Shown here: positions 48,691 to 62,772 of the stretch, piece after piece | How the letters are laid out: the number at the start of each line of letters is the position of its first letter | Numbering within the stretch: position 1 is the stretch's first letter | Notes under the pieces: generated by a model | What the model was told of the DNA's origin: nothing | Database searches by the model: none | Seen by the model: only the letters and a program-made list of their open reading frames with translations | Made by a program: the position numbers and the translations under genes | Source of the DNA: Nemertoderma westbladi | Lineage: Eukaryota > Animalia > Xenacoelomorpha | DNA: 64,000 nucleotides | Direction: 5' to 3' | Assembly: GCA_032718475.1 (NCBI GenBank) | Contig: JAUCBJ010000315.1 | Coordinates: 26,858 to 90,857 of the forward strand

Positions 48691-51600
48691 TTACCACATT
48701 GGAATTAAATTAGATTTTTATTCAGCTGTTGGTCCATTGAAACACCTCGCTAAGGAATTGTTTTGCTTCCAATCAGTAAAGTGAAATTTTAAATCCTCTC
48801 CATTGGTGCGGTTTTACATTATTGAGAATAATTAGTGATACAAATTGTTGTTTCATTAGATGGTTTGAATAAAAATAAACATTTGCTCAGGTTCCAGAAA
48901 TAACAACAAAAATGTATCCTTATTAGCGCTGGTGATATCCTCAGAATGGCGCCAAAAAGTACCACGTTACGGACTCATGTCTAAGTTGAAACGTAAGTAA
49001 CAATTTAGAGAAAACATGGACGGTGTTATGCAAAAGGGTGTTATTCCACATTTTGTCGAAATTGAGTTTTTGGTATCATTCGATAGAGGAAAATGTAATC
49101 TACCTAATTAATGAGATCGATCCTATTGCCCAATAATATGAGGAAATTCATTAAAAATACGAGAAAGTTAAGCCACAGTTTTGATTTGTGATTAGTAAAA
49201 GAGTGTTAAACCACAAATAATATTGCAAAAAAAATTTAAACCACATAATAATTGTGTGGCTTGACATCTTTTTGCAAGTATGACACCTTTTGACAATTTA
49301 ACGTTTTGCCAAATATGAAGTTTTCAAAAAGTGTTAAAGCCACATTTTTATCAATATTTCGGAGAAAATGCTATATTCTAGCACAAAAACTTGAAAAATA
49401 CTTTAATTTTCCTAAATGTTTTCTTATAAAAACACAACAGTATCTGGATAATTCAACAACGATCACACAGGATGTTAAAAACTTTGATATCGATTATCTC
49501 AAATTGAACTTTTGTGGCAATACCCTTTTGCATAACACCGTCCAAAGTATGTTTTAGTAGTGAGTGAGTTCGAGAGTGACTCACGCCTATTGAGTAATTT
49601 AGACATTGTTCTATGGGGAGAATGCCCGAGAATCACATTAATTATGACAATGTATTATTGTTCACCATATAGTTCTTTTAGTGACAGCAATTAGTTCAAT
49701 GAAAGACAGTAGAATATGAGAGAGTTTAATTTATTAAATTTAAATAATTTAATAAAATTACGTAGATCATTGTATGAAAAGGTCCTATTAAACGTTAAAT
49801 CAACGTTTATAAGCAAAGCTCACTCGCTGCGCCCGCTTGGTAAGAACAAATCACAACTCGGTGAATTCATTTCTTGTCTCAATGTTAAAATATGCATTAA
49901 GGGAAAGGATCAGGTTACAGTTGCACGTTATTCTAACCAAAACAATAAACGAAATTGCGGAGCAGTCATAAATAACTACCACTATTTTCAAAGAATATTT
50001 AGAGCCATTATTTACACCCAATTAACTCGGACCCCAACAGACAGACAGACACCAACGTTCTACCTGAACCTACAGATTAACCGAGGTTTAAACAGTCCCC
50101 TGTTGCGACACACTTCTCCAGATAATTACTCCCCACAGTGCAGAGAGAGTTAAGGAGCCACACGCCTCCCTCCCTAAACCCTAACTGTAACAGACAATGT
50201 CCTCTTGAAGAAGTTCACACATTATAAGTAGGAGGAGGTCCATCCTGTTTGTGGGTTTGGGCCGAGCGAGTTAGCGGTTTGCGATGGACCCATAGAATCT
50301 ATTGAGTTTGCAAACAATTAACCCGTATTTGTAACTGTGCCCGAGTCGCATGTCCCTTATCTGTGAGGGGTATTAGAGTGTTAGAACGGGCTGCGGAACC
50401 CAAGAGCTTGTTCTATATCTGCGGGGGATTTATCTCGAGTTGAGGTTGGCCACAAGAGGAAGGCGGTTGTTTCCGTAAATAATTATTCCGATTATTCTTC
50501 ACAGAACTCGGCTGTATGCGGTGTTGGACGTTGGTGTCCAGGTTATTATGTATCAATTCAGTTTGAAGGGATTAAATTCGATTTTATCAGAGTAAATCAT
50601 TTATAACAATCTATACATTATGTATTTATAAAGGAGACCCAAATTACTTTTTCTGACTCCCTACGATCGCACTATCAATGGGATATCCGCAGTAAAGCAC
50701 TCTCATATCTTGTGTTAAAGGGGGAAATGAACACAAATACCAATTATGTGATTACTGGATTTAAAAAATATAAAAAAGGAATTAATTTAATTTAAAACAT
50801 TAAGGGAAAGGAACATGTTACAGTGGAGATCTCTCTAACCAAAATAATAAAGAAAACTTTATTTAATATGCGACCATTTATTTAATCTACATAACGCAAT
50901 CACCGAATAATATAGAGGTGTGGAGGAAGTGGTGGATCCAAGGGAAGGGGGCAGCTTCCCCCTCCCCCAGCATTTGAGGGGGGCCAACCCCACACCCCCC
51001 CCCCCCCCCCTCCCCCCACTCTAAGCAAACAACACTGTAATGATGTGGACCGAGCCACGAAGTAAGGTGAGCCTTTGCAAACATAGCACTGTAATACGTT
51101 CGTCTATCATATGTTGCTGTTGGCTAGATTTACGACTTTATTAACTGATCAAAATGCGGATTCTTCCAGCAAATTTGTTTTTATGAAATATTTTAAACGG
51201 ATATAATTCTCGCTACGCATGTTGTACAGTAAGGCTGCCTAGAAGTCAAAAGTCGGCGAGTTGTGAGATTTCAAGAAATCTTCATTGATGGACATTAAAA
51301 GTGACAAAGAAACAGCCACTTACAGCGTCGACTGTTTAGTTTAAGCTTCGCTTACAATTATCCGACCCTGTCAATTAACAAACTCAATATAAGACCATCT
51401 GTTCCATTTTAATACATCCTAGAGATTTTCGTAAGGGCCGCCCATTTAATACCCCCTGCTAAACGCCCAGCGGACAGCGCCCTATAATTCAAGTGATATA
51501 ATTACTCAACTTTCTTTGCAACATTCTTATACAAATAAAACCCAGTCAGTCGGCCGTTGTGTATAGGGGGACACAGCAGTATGACGACTTGGGTCGGGCC

Positions 51601-51854
51601 CTGTTACAGTGTAACTGTAGAGGCATCTATGGGAGAATTCAGTTTCATAGAATATACATTGTCTTCTTATAAACTTTTGTACACTTTCAGTGGTTATAGA
51701 TATAGCAGCAAGTGCATACACCAAGCACACACGTGTTCAGTAAAAACACAGTCCAGAATGGCCATACTATAGAACAATATAGATCAAAGTACAGCAAGAA
51801 ATGGAAGAGGGAGAAGATTTCGCAGCCAGACAATAATGTAAAGACCCATAACTA

Positions 51855-52250
51855 TGTGCCGGCTTGTCGACAAAATTGCGCCGCCACAACTCCCTATCAC
51901 CCATGACATTTGCTAGATCATCCGCATCGTCAAGGCCAGTGTCCTTTAAGATGCATCTCAAGAACGTCATGGGCTGTCCAGGTCCACCATGCTTATTCAC
52001 TCCATGAGGCTGCCAAAGCACAATATTATGTACTGGTTGGTCCACACGACGAAATCAATGTCCTGCAAAGCGGAGGCGGCTTTATTCTAGTGTCAAGCTT
52101 GGGGGAACCAGTGAAACACCTCCAATGTTATATAGTGTCTGATTGGAGATGTGTGCATTGTGTACTTGATACAGTGAACCCGACGTTGCATTATTGTGAA
52201 TGTGCCATCCAGAGATTTGGTTTCCTCAGCAGTTAGAGCCCAGCATTGAC
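51855..52250 (-). mobile_element. Degenerate RTE LINE fragment
   Basis: Paralog of 20095-20480. Confidence 0.85.
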
Positions 52251-53856
52251 TCCAGCAAGCACACACCCCAGGCACCGAAAGAACAGCACTAAACACACAT
52301 AGTACCACCAGTACGCAAGTTTATACAGACACAGCACTTTTGAGAGAGACAGTTATGAGAGAATCCCCAACTAGAAACATTGGTAATCGATAAGAGAGCA
52401 ATAGAAGCAATTGAAGCGTAAACCTCGTTAATGTACCGATAACAGAATACCGTAACATTAGGCCTAAGTTTAGCGACATAACTCCATATCATTGTAGGCT
52501 CACTCTTAGCTACAAGAAGGGCCTTAGTAATAACAGATGGGTTGACAGTTGATTTACGATGAATTAACCAATTATGAAGAGGAGGGGCTGGTGGCCTCAT
52601 CTGACGTAAGGTAGCCAATTACAGCGCCAGTTATATCCGATGGATGTTAGCTATCGTTATCAAGATTAAAATGGATGGGGTGGATGCGACTTTTAATGAA
52701 TGGTAGAGATTTAGTTTTCGGGACATAAAAATGATCCTGATAATATTTCGTAAATTATTAAGTAATTTAAACATGACTTATGTTAATCAAACGCTATTGC
52801 AATGCTAGTTGTTAATGTACGAGTTTCTAGTTAGTGCCGTTACATTAAATAATACCAAACAGATCCAACATAATTAATTTTTTATGAGGAGGGGATCGGT
52901 TATACGATAATGGGATTTCTGATGTAGATAAGTCTAGCACTACTACTATAATCGACCTGCTGCATTGCAGCTGCACAGCACATATATATACAATGCTGCC
53001 GTAACAAAAATATTATTCCAACCACCATGCAATCGGGAATATCGTACAGCCCAAACACAGCGTTACCCTGCAATCACATTTTACCAGCGATGGTAAGCAA
53101 TCAAATAGCTTGATCGTAGGGGGGGCCTACCGATAAGTAGTTTGGATAAAAGATTATAAATAAGATCATAATAATGATCTTGCTATTTGATAGCCAGCTG
53201 TTGGGAGGAATCATGAGAGTCATCAGCTATTGACATTCCGGAAACATATATAATTATTATTGTTAACATGCACAGCTCTGTGTTGAGGATCGAGAGGAAG
53301 GGATAGTTCTGAAAGAGGACAATTACCGAAAGGTAACGAAAGCTATTGAAAAGGTTAAAGCGGGGGCGAAAACTATCCATTCAATGATAGGGGGTACAGT
53401 TCGCACTTTCAGCGTTCCATATCATTCATAAACAAAAAATATGTGGGGTCTAATTAAAATAATTGCTGTTTAATTTCAAATAAACCTTCGCAAAATATAC
53501 ATTAACTGATACAGTAGGCTACAGCAGTAGTAAGGGTAGTTTTAGTACAGTGCTAGGCTAGGCAACTGCAATAGCAGTATTGGCTGATTGAACACCAGAT
53601 CGGCTGACCGACGGGCAGACCGACTACCGTCTGACCACGGGGCAGCGCATTATTACTGCATTAAGGACGAAGGATTGATTACAGTACAAACTTTGTACTG
53701 GTAATCAAGGGACGGTGCAGTGTTGTGGTGAGGCCTACAGGTTTTACTATCGCCGTTATCAGTACCGGAATCAGATATCGCTTTAAAAGTATTATATAGT
53801 TTGAAATGTATAGACCATTCTCAATGCCGAAAATAATTAATTATATGTGTAAATCC

Positions 53857-53887
<31 letters not shown>

Positions 53888-53964
53888 ATAAATATGAATG
53901 AATGAATGGGAGAATCTTTTAGGCTCGTTAAGCCAAAGAATGCCTGTTCACCACCATGGGTGAT

Positions 53965-54160
53965 ATTCCACAGTAAACCCTTCCACTCTGTTTCCCAAGT
54001 TGCCTTGGTTCCCATTTATCGACCACTGAAGGATGAAAGCCAGGGTTGGGCTAGGCTGCAGCATTTAAAGCACTGTGCCCAAACAGTGCTGCCCCATCTA
54101 GGGATCGAACCAGGGCTCCCTAATCGGAAGCACAGTAATGTCACCACTAGACCAAGCTGC
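53965..54160 (-). mobile_element. tRNA-derived SINE
   Basis: Minus strand reads GCAGCTTGGTCTAGTGG...GGTTCGATCCCTAGATGGGGCA followed by the same body. Confidence 0.75.
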
Positions 54161-56376
54161 TTGCAAAAAAATAATATATATAAGCCAATGTTTCTATGGT
54201 AAACAAACTCTTGTACTGTATGTTATCAAGATTAAATGGCAGACCATCTTTATTCCCGAATTATTATAATACAGGCTGATCATGAGGCTTTCTTATAAAC
54301 CGAGTTAGAGAGTTACAAATAAGCAAAATTCAAAAAACAGCAAAGAGACATGCCCAACCGGTAGCAAAGCATCTTACAGAAGCTCCGCCTTGTAGTAAAT
54401 TAGTTTAGCAACCGGAGCTATTTAATGGTGGTGGGGTTCTTTGATTACATTACTGTCAGTTATAACAACATCCTGAGGGTAGGCAGACCGTCAGCACAAT
54501 CAGACTAAGTTAATTACAAAGTTAGCTACTCCTGCTAATTCTAGTATGTAAATTCATTTACATATTTACTTTCAGTATCGTGTGATGTTGTTGTGGTCAC
54601 TCTGTGAGGCCTGCATGAAGGTATTTAATGAGGTGATTGCTTAATTATAATATGGTTTACGCGTTAGAGACTGAATATAAATTGTAAAGATTTAACCAAC
54701 GTGAATTTGGCTTAAAATTCCAAACATGAAAATATGAAAACAGTTGTTAAAAATAATACTGTAATAGTCTTTGCTTGAATTTCAGAGACAGGGGAGGGGG
54801 AGACTGGACGCAAATCCCATCTTGGCGAATTAATATCCCGCCTCAATGTTAAATTCTCCATTTAGGAAAAGGAGCAGGTTACAGTACCACGTTATTTTAA
54901 CCAAAACAATAAACTAAACACAATAGATCATGTTACAGTCTTATTTTTGAGAGTAATCAGCTGTTATGTGCGTCGAATTTCCCCAGGAGAGAGATGAATT
55001 TTTATTGCGTCAAGTTTCCCCCCCTGTATGGAATTTCAACAAAGGCGGTCCCTTTTTCTTTCTTAATGGTACCTGCAGAAAATGTGTTGTAACTAGTAAA
55101 TTAAACTTCGCCTGATGGCTAATTCAAAGCAAATGAATTAAATTATAAGTGGTTTCAATTGATGGTTGAATAGCAGATGAACTGAAGTGTAACAGGCTGA
55201 GACACTGATTGTGCTTTGTGCTACACTACCCTAACCATTGTCACACACTGTTACACCTTACATATGATATGCCTTACTGTATGCTGAAGAATATTTATAG
55301 GCTTACAATACTATACCGGTACAGTAGTAGTGTAGGCATTCTGAGTGGTAGTAACGGTTGATGTAAACTGAATGCCCTGATTAACATATAACTAGCCATT
55401 GTTGGTGGGTGAGCATTTGCACTTTTTTACACCCCACATGCACCCAGGTTGGTAAGGTAATATTAGGCCGGACTTAAACTACAAAGTCAAAACATAAAGA
55501 ATATTATATACAAATAGTATGTTACATTTTTTTATAATAGGAAAATGACATCAACATTAATTGTTTTGTAATTATCGAACAATTAATGACAATATTTGTT
55601 TTATAAATTATGGTAAATAATTACATATACACAATACAAATTCATCAAAGCACCCCCCCCCCCCCCCCCCCATATTTTTCTACATATACATTAATAATAT
55701 TAAATGGAATATGAAACGCAACTACGTAGCTACATAACACACACAGTCGATGTCCACAAGGAGGCATAATTTTGTAATTTGTTGTAAATTTTTTATAAGC
55801 GTTTTGATATTTCACCTTTTGTATAGTAAAGTGAGATATGAGCGTCTAAAGGTTGCAAGATATACCACACATGAGGCCATACATTATAGGTCTATTTAAT
55901 ATTTAATAATAACAACGTTCTAGAATGTAATTTATCTCACTAGCAATAATTATTACAGTATTATTTAATATACCTACAGCTACACATACATAAACAAAAT
56001 GTTCCAGAACGATAGATTGTGTTTATTAAATATAATAAATGGCCGCAGCTAACGATAATTCCTGAACGACCATAATCTCAACTGTTTCTCACCGAATCAG
56101 AAAATATTATATATTTGGATAACCTGCGACATAATATTATAGTGACATGAAAAATATTTGAAATTATAAAATATTCCATTCTTTACAGCATTTCAAACGC
56201 TTTTAAAAAAATTTAAAGGCAAAGTCTACAATTCTCGTTCATTCTGTTTTTCAATTTCAAGCAAAATATTTAAATAAACATACGGAAAAATGTGGGGGAT
56301 CGTTTGATGCCGATGCGTTATACAGTAGTTACTAATTACAGGTCATCATTATGTAATACAATCAATGTTATAGGTA

Positions 56377-57642
56377 CTATGTACTACCGGTGCTGTTTTG
56401 TTGTAAATAATTAGAATTTGTGTTCGTGGAATTTCTCCACTTGCAAGTAAAAATACATTTAAATAGAGCCAAAAACGAACCCAAAAATATTACTACACCG
56501 CCTACTAAACTGATAGTTTCTATGGAATCTTTGGGGAAAAGCGAAATCTGAAAGACAAAGGAAAACAGAACTTCGAAGGAGCTGACGCAAACTACAATCG
56601 TTGTAGACTGCCACTCGAACGCTTTTATAGTTATAACAGTAGCCAGTAATTCCAGAAGCGCTATTACCATGGGAACACAGCGTTTTTGTAAAGAACAAGT
56701 AGGCCATTGGTATCCTCCAAATAATGGAATCAATGGTATGAGAATTAAACTTAGAACACTTCCCCATGTTGTAAATGATAGCCAATGAACATTGTTTCCT
56801 ATTTTTGACAAAAGAACAGCGTAAACTGAATTTAAAAAGGCGGAAATTATTGATGCAATAATAGCGTAGTCTCTTTTTGGATACCTCGAATAAACGTCGT
56901 CGTCATTTTCGTTGTCTCCAAATATTGCACTGGGTCGCGCCACTAGGATTACCCCGCATATATTTATAAGTAGAATTAAACCGTCCACAAACCCGAAGTT
57001 CTGCTTTAGGAAGATTCTCGCGAGAATCGCCACGAAGGCGGACTTCCCGAACACAAGCACGGTGACCAAACCAAGTTCCATATTCTGAAAACTGAAAGTC
57101 AACAACGCGTCCAATAAAACGACAACAACACCCTGAAGAAACAACAAGTAGTTTATTAATTTATTCTCCTTTGAATAAAGTTTCATTCCACGATTCAAAA
57201 CCACCGGAAGTGGAATAAAAAATAGAAAGGAATATTTAAACATAACGAGATGTATGGCTTCTATTCCGGCTACTTTACAGAGTAGATTCACCAAGCTCCA
57301 GATAAACGATGCTATTATAGCCAACACTAGCCCAGCTATTAAACGCCATTTATTAGCCGGAGTGCTGCTTCGTGGATCAATCGTTCTCTCTGCTTCCCGC
57401 ACTACCACCGGTATATTCGCACTAACTTTTCTATGGAATAATGCCAGAATCGATTTCCGAGAGCGCCAACTCTCCCTTTTAACGAACGACAAACCGGCCA
57501 GGGTGTGTCTTTGTTGTTGTACATCTATCTCGTCGCCATCTACCGAATTTTCTTCACTGAACTTCTCCAATGTTGAATCGGATGACGTCACAGACTTAAA
57601 GTTATGCGGATGAGACGACTGTATGTTTGACGTCATCGACAT
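56377..57642 (-). CDS. SLC35G-like EamA/DMT superfamily transporter, intronless (421 aa)
   Basis: About 10 hydrophobic segments in two EamA-like repeats; FVAILARIFLKQ, GVILVARPSAIFG and SFEVLFSFVFQ motifs. Confidence 0.88.
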   Translation of the reverse strand: MSMTSNIQSSHPHNFKSVTSSDSTLEKFSEENSVDGDEIDVQQQRHTLAGLSFVKRESWRSRKSILALFHRKVSANIPVVVREAERTIDPRSSTPANKWRLIAGLVLAIIASFIWSLVNLLCKVAGIEAIHLVMFKYSFLFFIPLPVVLNRGMKLYSKENKLINYLLFLQGVVVVLLDALLTFSFQNMELGLVTVLVFGKSAFVAILARIFLKQNFGFVDGLILLINICGVILVARPSAIFGDNENDDDVYSRYPKRDYAIIASIISAFLNSVYAVLLSKIGNNVHWLSFTTWGSVLSLILIPLIPLFGGYQWPTCSLQKRCVPMVIALLELLATVITIKAFEWQSTTIVVCVSSFEVLFSFVFQISLFPKDSIETISLVGGVVIFLGSFLALFKCIFTCKWRNSTNTNSNYLQQNSTGST

Positions 57643-57816
57643 ATTCGATTATTTTTAAAGATTCTTGTATATTTAATTTTTTGAAATATTTAAAAGGACA
57701 ACTTTTGAAATATTTGTTTCCACTTATCTAATACTGAATGAACAAAACTACAGTATAACATGTACTTTGCACAAACAAAGGAAGTGACTTTTTGTGAGTC
57801 CAAAACCACTCTTTCA

Positions 57817-58485
57817 TAGAACTGCAGTTTTATAACCTAAATTATTGTTACCACGGCAACAGTGAAGAGTTCTAGAACAAAAAATATATAATATACACTA
57901 TTCTAGAACAAAAATAAAATAAACAAATTATTGTTCTAGAACTATAGCTAGTAATTTTTTAAATTTAAAATAGCTAGTACAAAAAAAATTATTTATTTAT
58001 ATTATTATTAAAAAATTATCTGCCGGTACCAAATTGTTTTATTTGTTAAATTTACTAGCTATTTTAAAATAAAAAAAAAATAGCTATATGTTTTAGAACA
58101 TTATAATTTTTTATTTTATTTATGTAATATTATATGTATTATATACTATTCTAGAACATAAATAATACAAATAATATAATGTTCTAGAACATATAGCTAG
58201 TTATTTTTAAAATTTAAAATAGCTAATAATACAAAAAATATTATTTATTTATATATTTATTTAATAGAAAATTTATTTACCAAATTGGATACCGGTATTT
58301 TTTTAAATTTACTAGCTATTTTAAAATTAAAAAAAAACTAGCTATATGTTCTAGAACATTATATTTTTTATTTTTTTATGTTGTAAAATAATATTTTCTT
58401 TTCTTTACTTTTCTATTCTTCTAGAACTCTTCAATGTTGCCATATAGTAACAATGAAATATGTTTTAAAAATGCAGTTCTATACG
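57817..58485. repeat. AT-rich fold-back element with TTCTAGAAC / TAGCTA subrepeats
   Basis: Imperfect inverted arms (ATAGAACTGCA...GGCAACAGTGAAGAGTTCTAGAA vs TTCTAGAACTCTTCAATGTTGCC...TGCAGTTCTAT). A perfect 22-bp inverted pair follows at 58546-58567 / 59176-59197. Confidence 0.7.
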
Positions 58486-60392
58486 GAACTCTAGCCGATT
58501 TTTAATACAAATATTTAGCTAAAAATATCTCAATTGTTTCTTTGGCATTGGTACACCTTGGGTACCCGTAGTTTGACCAACTTTTTTCATATGTAACAGT
58601 CTTTTATCGTGAGGGTTTTTTTATAACAAATATTTGACGTTCTGGCAGTAGGAATAGTAGCTAATAATTTTGATTTTTGCTAGCTACCGGTAGTGTAGTA
58701 CTTTTTTTAGTTAGTGAAAAAAATTAAATTTGAAAATTTTTTTATAATTTTTTCTTGTGAAAATGACTTTTTCTCATGAGTATTTTTATTCTAGAATAAA
58801 TATTTTACAATCTGTCAGTAAGATGGTAGCTAGTAATTTCGATTTTGTGTTAGCTAGTACTTTTTATAAGATATTAAAAAAATTAAACTTATTTAGAACA
58901 TCAAACATAACTGTGAATTTATGTGCTTTAAGTTCTAGATTCAAAATTCTGCAGTTTCTATGGGGTCTAATCATTTAAAATGACCATTTCTTTTAATAAG
59001 GATTTACCGGTATATGGTGATTCGACTGTACTATTTAATTTTCTTCAAAAAATGTTCTAGAACAAAAAATTGTGGTCTAGAACAAAATCTTGTATCTATC
59101 ATGATAGCTAACACATATTCTATCACATTTATAAAAAAAATAGCATAAATAGCTAGTATAACAAATCTGGTCAATGGGTACCCAAGGTGTACCAATGGGT
59201 ACCTGTAAAAGCTTTTGCTGAATTGTCCGGTTATTTTTCCTTATTTTTCCCGTAAAATACTCTGTAGTTGGTTTACCAGGCATAAAAAGGCCGTTTCCTT
59301 GCTGTACTGGTGTTTTAGCGGACATAAAAGCTATTTCTTCTGTATTTGTACTTTAGAGGACATAATCCGTAATTCCGTGACGTAAAAGCTCGATACTCTT
59401 GAAAACAGTGTCGCTACCATGACGACGGCTAGCAGCTGATATTGCCACGTCGACGTTTCTTTGTTTCTTTGTTCTCTCGTTGTTCAGGTTGACCAATCAG
59501 AGCGTTTGTTGTCTCTGTGTTGGAGGTGTATACAGAAACTCAGTAGTTCAGTGTTATGTTTTGCCCAGAGCCTAAGAACCGGCTTTTGGCACCTCCGTGT
59601 TTTCAGTTTTTAGTCCTACACTAGTAGGCTTAATTATAAGGACATATATCCGTTATCTGCATACTGCATACTGCAGTACTGCATACACTGCATACTGTGT
59701 AACACTGTGCATACTTTTATATTGTTATACTGCTATTTACTGTCAGTTCTTCATAATATGGTTGATGAATTATTATATTTGGAATAACGACAAATAACCC
59801 CGAAACCCAATATTCTTGATATACCGAAGGTAAGAGAGAAAGGTTACAGATAAATGATTGCGACCTATGTTGAGTGGTTTGAAGTGAATCTAATGTTATT
59901 TGATAGACCCTACATGATTCGGTCCGTGTTCCTTTTATATGTGACTAAAATCAGTGAAGATCGGCAGATCAGTGTGCAGTATTGTGCAGCATTGTGTATG
60001 AGTGAGACTGATAACGAAGCATTTCCTAAAGAATGCGCCATATATGTGAATTATAACTAAGCCATATCGTTGTGAGTAGTTTAAGTCATAACTCTGTTTC
60101 TATAGATAGAGCGCCACGTCCTAAAGGAACTGTTAATATTTCCCGAAGGTGAATAATATTGTCAGAGATTATATAATACTGTCAGTCGAATAATACATTA
60201 GGCTTACATAGCAATAAGATTAAGCCGTCGAACCCAATCTCCCGGGTATATCCAGCGGGTGAATGATCGCGCACAGATTGGTTTCGACTAGTGTAGTGAA
60301 TTAAATACTTGTCATAGACTAAAGGTGATTTATTATCTAGAAGACATCCTAATTTGGCGGGTTAAACTGCCAAAGGTCTGAAAGCGCGAACA

Positions 60393-60404
60393 ATAACGGA
60401 TATA
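60393..60404 (+). other. Non-tRNA primer-binding site, complementary to LTR positions 59645-59656
   Basis: ATAACGGATATA abuts the LTR end and is the exact complement of TATATCCGTTAT. Confidence 0.8.
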
Positions 60405-62772
60405 GCTTCTTTATTGCAGTAAGCAATAAAGTTGAAAGTACCGGTCAACCGGTAAACCTGAAAGGTACATCTGTAGGTCAGTAGGCCCAACTGCCAGAAC
60501 CGGTACTGCCGTAGGTCCGTAGGTCCAACTGCCAGAACCGGTACTTCTGTAGGTCCGTAGGCCTAACTGTCCTAACCGGTACTTCCCGTATAAGTACATT
60601 AGTATTATTCGATTTTGATAGTTATATACCGGTAGGCCTTAATAATTAATCAGGGACTGCAGCCCTGGTTTTTTATTGAGATTTTTACTTATTTCTGTCA
60701 AGTTTTATTTGTTTGTAGGCCAGTATTGAACAGAAGGCGTGTAAGCCTGATCAGATTGTACAGACAATTTGTAGGCTGAGCTGTTGTCTGATTGCTGTTA
60801 AGTCTGAACGGATTGCAGTGTGTGTAGATCACCTGTCCGATTAAGTACGGTTAGGAAGTAGGGGCAGCGAATGCTGTAAGGTAAACCCCCAACTAAAGAA
60901 TAAGTCGTACTACTGGGTTAGAACGCATACTCCCTAATCATTTCGGAGTCTGCATGTCCTGTAGTTTATTTAGGCTTGAGAGTAGTCTGCCATCGTTTAG
61001 TCTGTACTTTGTTTGTGTAAGTCTGTACGGGTAGCGTATAATTTTATTTAGATAATTTGTAGGCTGGATAGTTGTCTGGCTGTTATTAGGTCTGAACGGA
61101 TTGCAGCGTGTGTAGATCACTTGTCCGATAAAGAACGGTTAGGAAGTAGGGGCAGCGAATGCTGTAAGGTAAACCCCCAATTAAAGAATAAGTCGTACTA
61201 CTGGGTTAGAACGCATACTACCTAATTATTTCGGAGTCTGCATATACCGTAGTTTGTTTAGGCTTGATAGTAGTCTGTCAGTGTTCGGTCTGCATTTTGT
61301 TTGAGTAGTTTGTACGCGTAGCGTAATATTTATTATTCAGAGTTTATGCGATTATTCGCAACATTCATTCCCCAAGTTTGTTCCTACAGTAATTGTGTTT
61401 GTTATACATACCGCTATAGTTAAATTAACCCCGGTACTACACGGGCTGCTTGGCGTAGGTAAAGACTGGTGATTTTGTGCATCGGTCACTCCAGCAGATG
61501 CCGTGGTTCTTTTAGCTGTTCAAGTATATTTAACTACTGATTATATGTTGTACAAGTACTCGTACCTAATTTAGGGTTTAGTGTACAGTGCTTTCCGAAA
61601 GTAATTAGTGTAGGCATTATATTTGTGTTGTAAAGTGGTTGATAGGCACGTTCGATTAGCTCTATTAACTTCTAGGTAGGAACACTCCGTGATACATAAC
61701 GTAGAACCTATAGCGATACGGCTATAGGTCGTCAGGCGGTGGTATTTTCCTATCTGGACAACGCAGTGTATTTACTACTACTTATTATTTTCAAATACCG
61801 TAGTACCCTGTCCGTTGTAATAACCAGATTTCTAACCCTTTGTTAGGCTGGTTTGTAGACTTCTTGTAAAATTACCCTAAAAATTCGTATTTTGTGTTTT
61901 TTGTAAATTTTTGTGTTTATTTAGAGATTGTAATCTCACCCGAATTGTACGTAATTTGTAGTATTAAGTAACTTAGGTAAATTAGCATTATTTGTTTTAG
62001 TGTCCTATAAGTAACACTTCACTGAAAGCGCACCGCTTTGTGTAGTGATTACTCCCCAGAAATAATAACATTTATTTCAACATTGACAAAACCCATTAAA
62101 CGGGTATATATATATTATAAATCAAATCTAACGATTTATAAATAGTAGGCCTGCCATACAACCATTAGGTCTCAATATCAGTTGGATTACTGCTCAAATA
62201 ACGGTAATAAAGTAAGTAAGGTAACCAAGTAACCCTTGAAATTCAGAAATTCAGTTATTTAAAATAATTGATATATCGGTATTTACAATAGGCTTATTAT
62301 ATTTATTTCTATAAATTTTAGGTTGAAATCATACCGGTATTCTGTAATTAATTCTAGTTTGTAATTATACTTATATATATACACTATAAGTGTAAACTGC
62401 ATACCGGTATTTACGATAGGCCTATTATCTTTATTTCTATAAATTTAGGCTGAAATTATACCGGTACTTGTAATTAATTCTAGTCCAGAATTATATATAC
62501 TACAAACTGTAAGCTGTATACCGGTATTCCGATAGGCCTATTATATATTTATATATATTTGTGCTAAAATTATACCGGTATTCTGTGATAAACCTAGTCT
62601 GTAATAATAGTTATATATACTATAAGCATACCGGTATTCTAATATATTATATATATCACGCTACACTGAGTAGCAGTACCGGTAATTAATTACTAGGCTA
62701 GCAGTTAATACTGAGTTACTAGACTTGCTCAGACTGTAATACAGCAGTAGACATTCAACTGTACACATAAGC

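Larger units (their letters stand above)
47620..55380 (+). repeat. Third copy of the segmentally duplicated block
   Basis: Collinear with 10310-12250, 19090-21500 and 28495-28790 (direct) and with 8894-9500 and 3900-4217 (inverted); carries the empty piggyBac and CRE sites. Confidence 0.85.
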
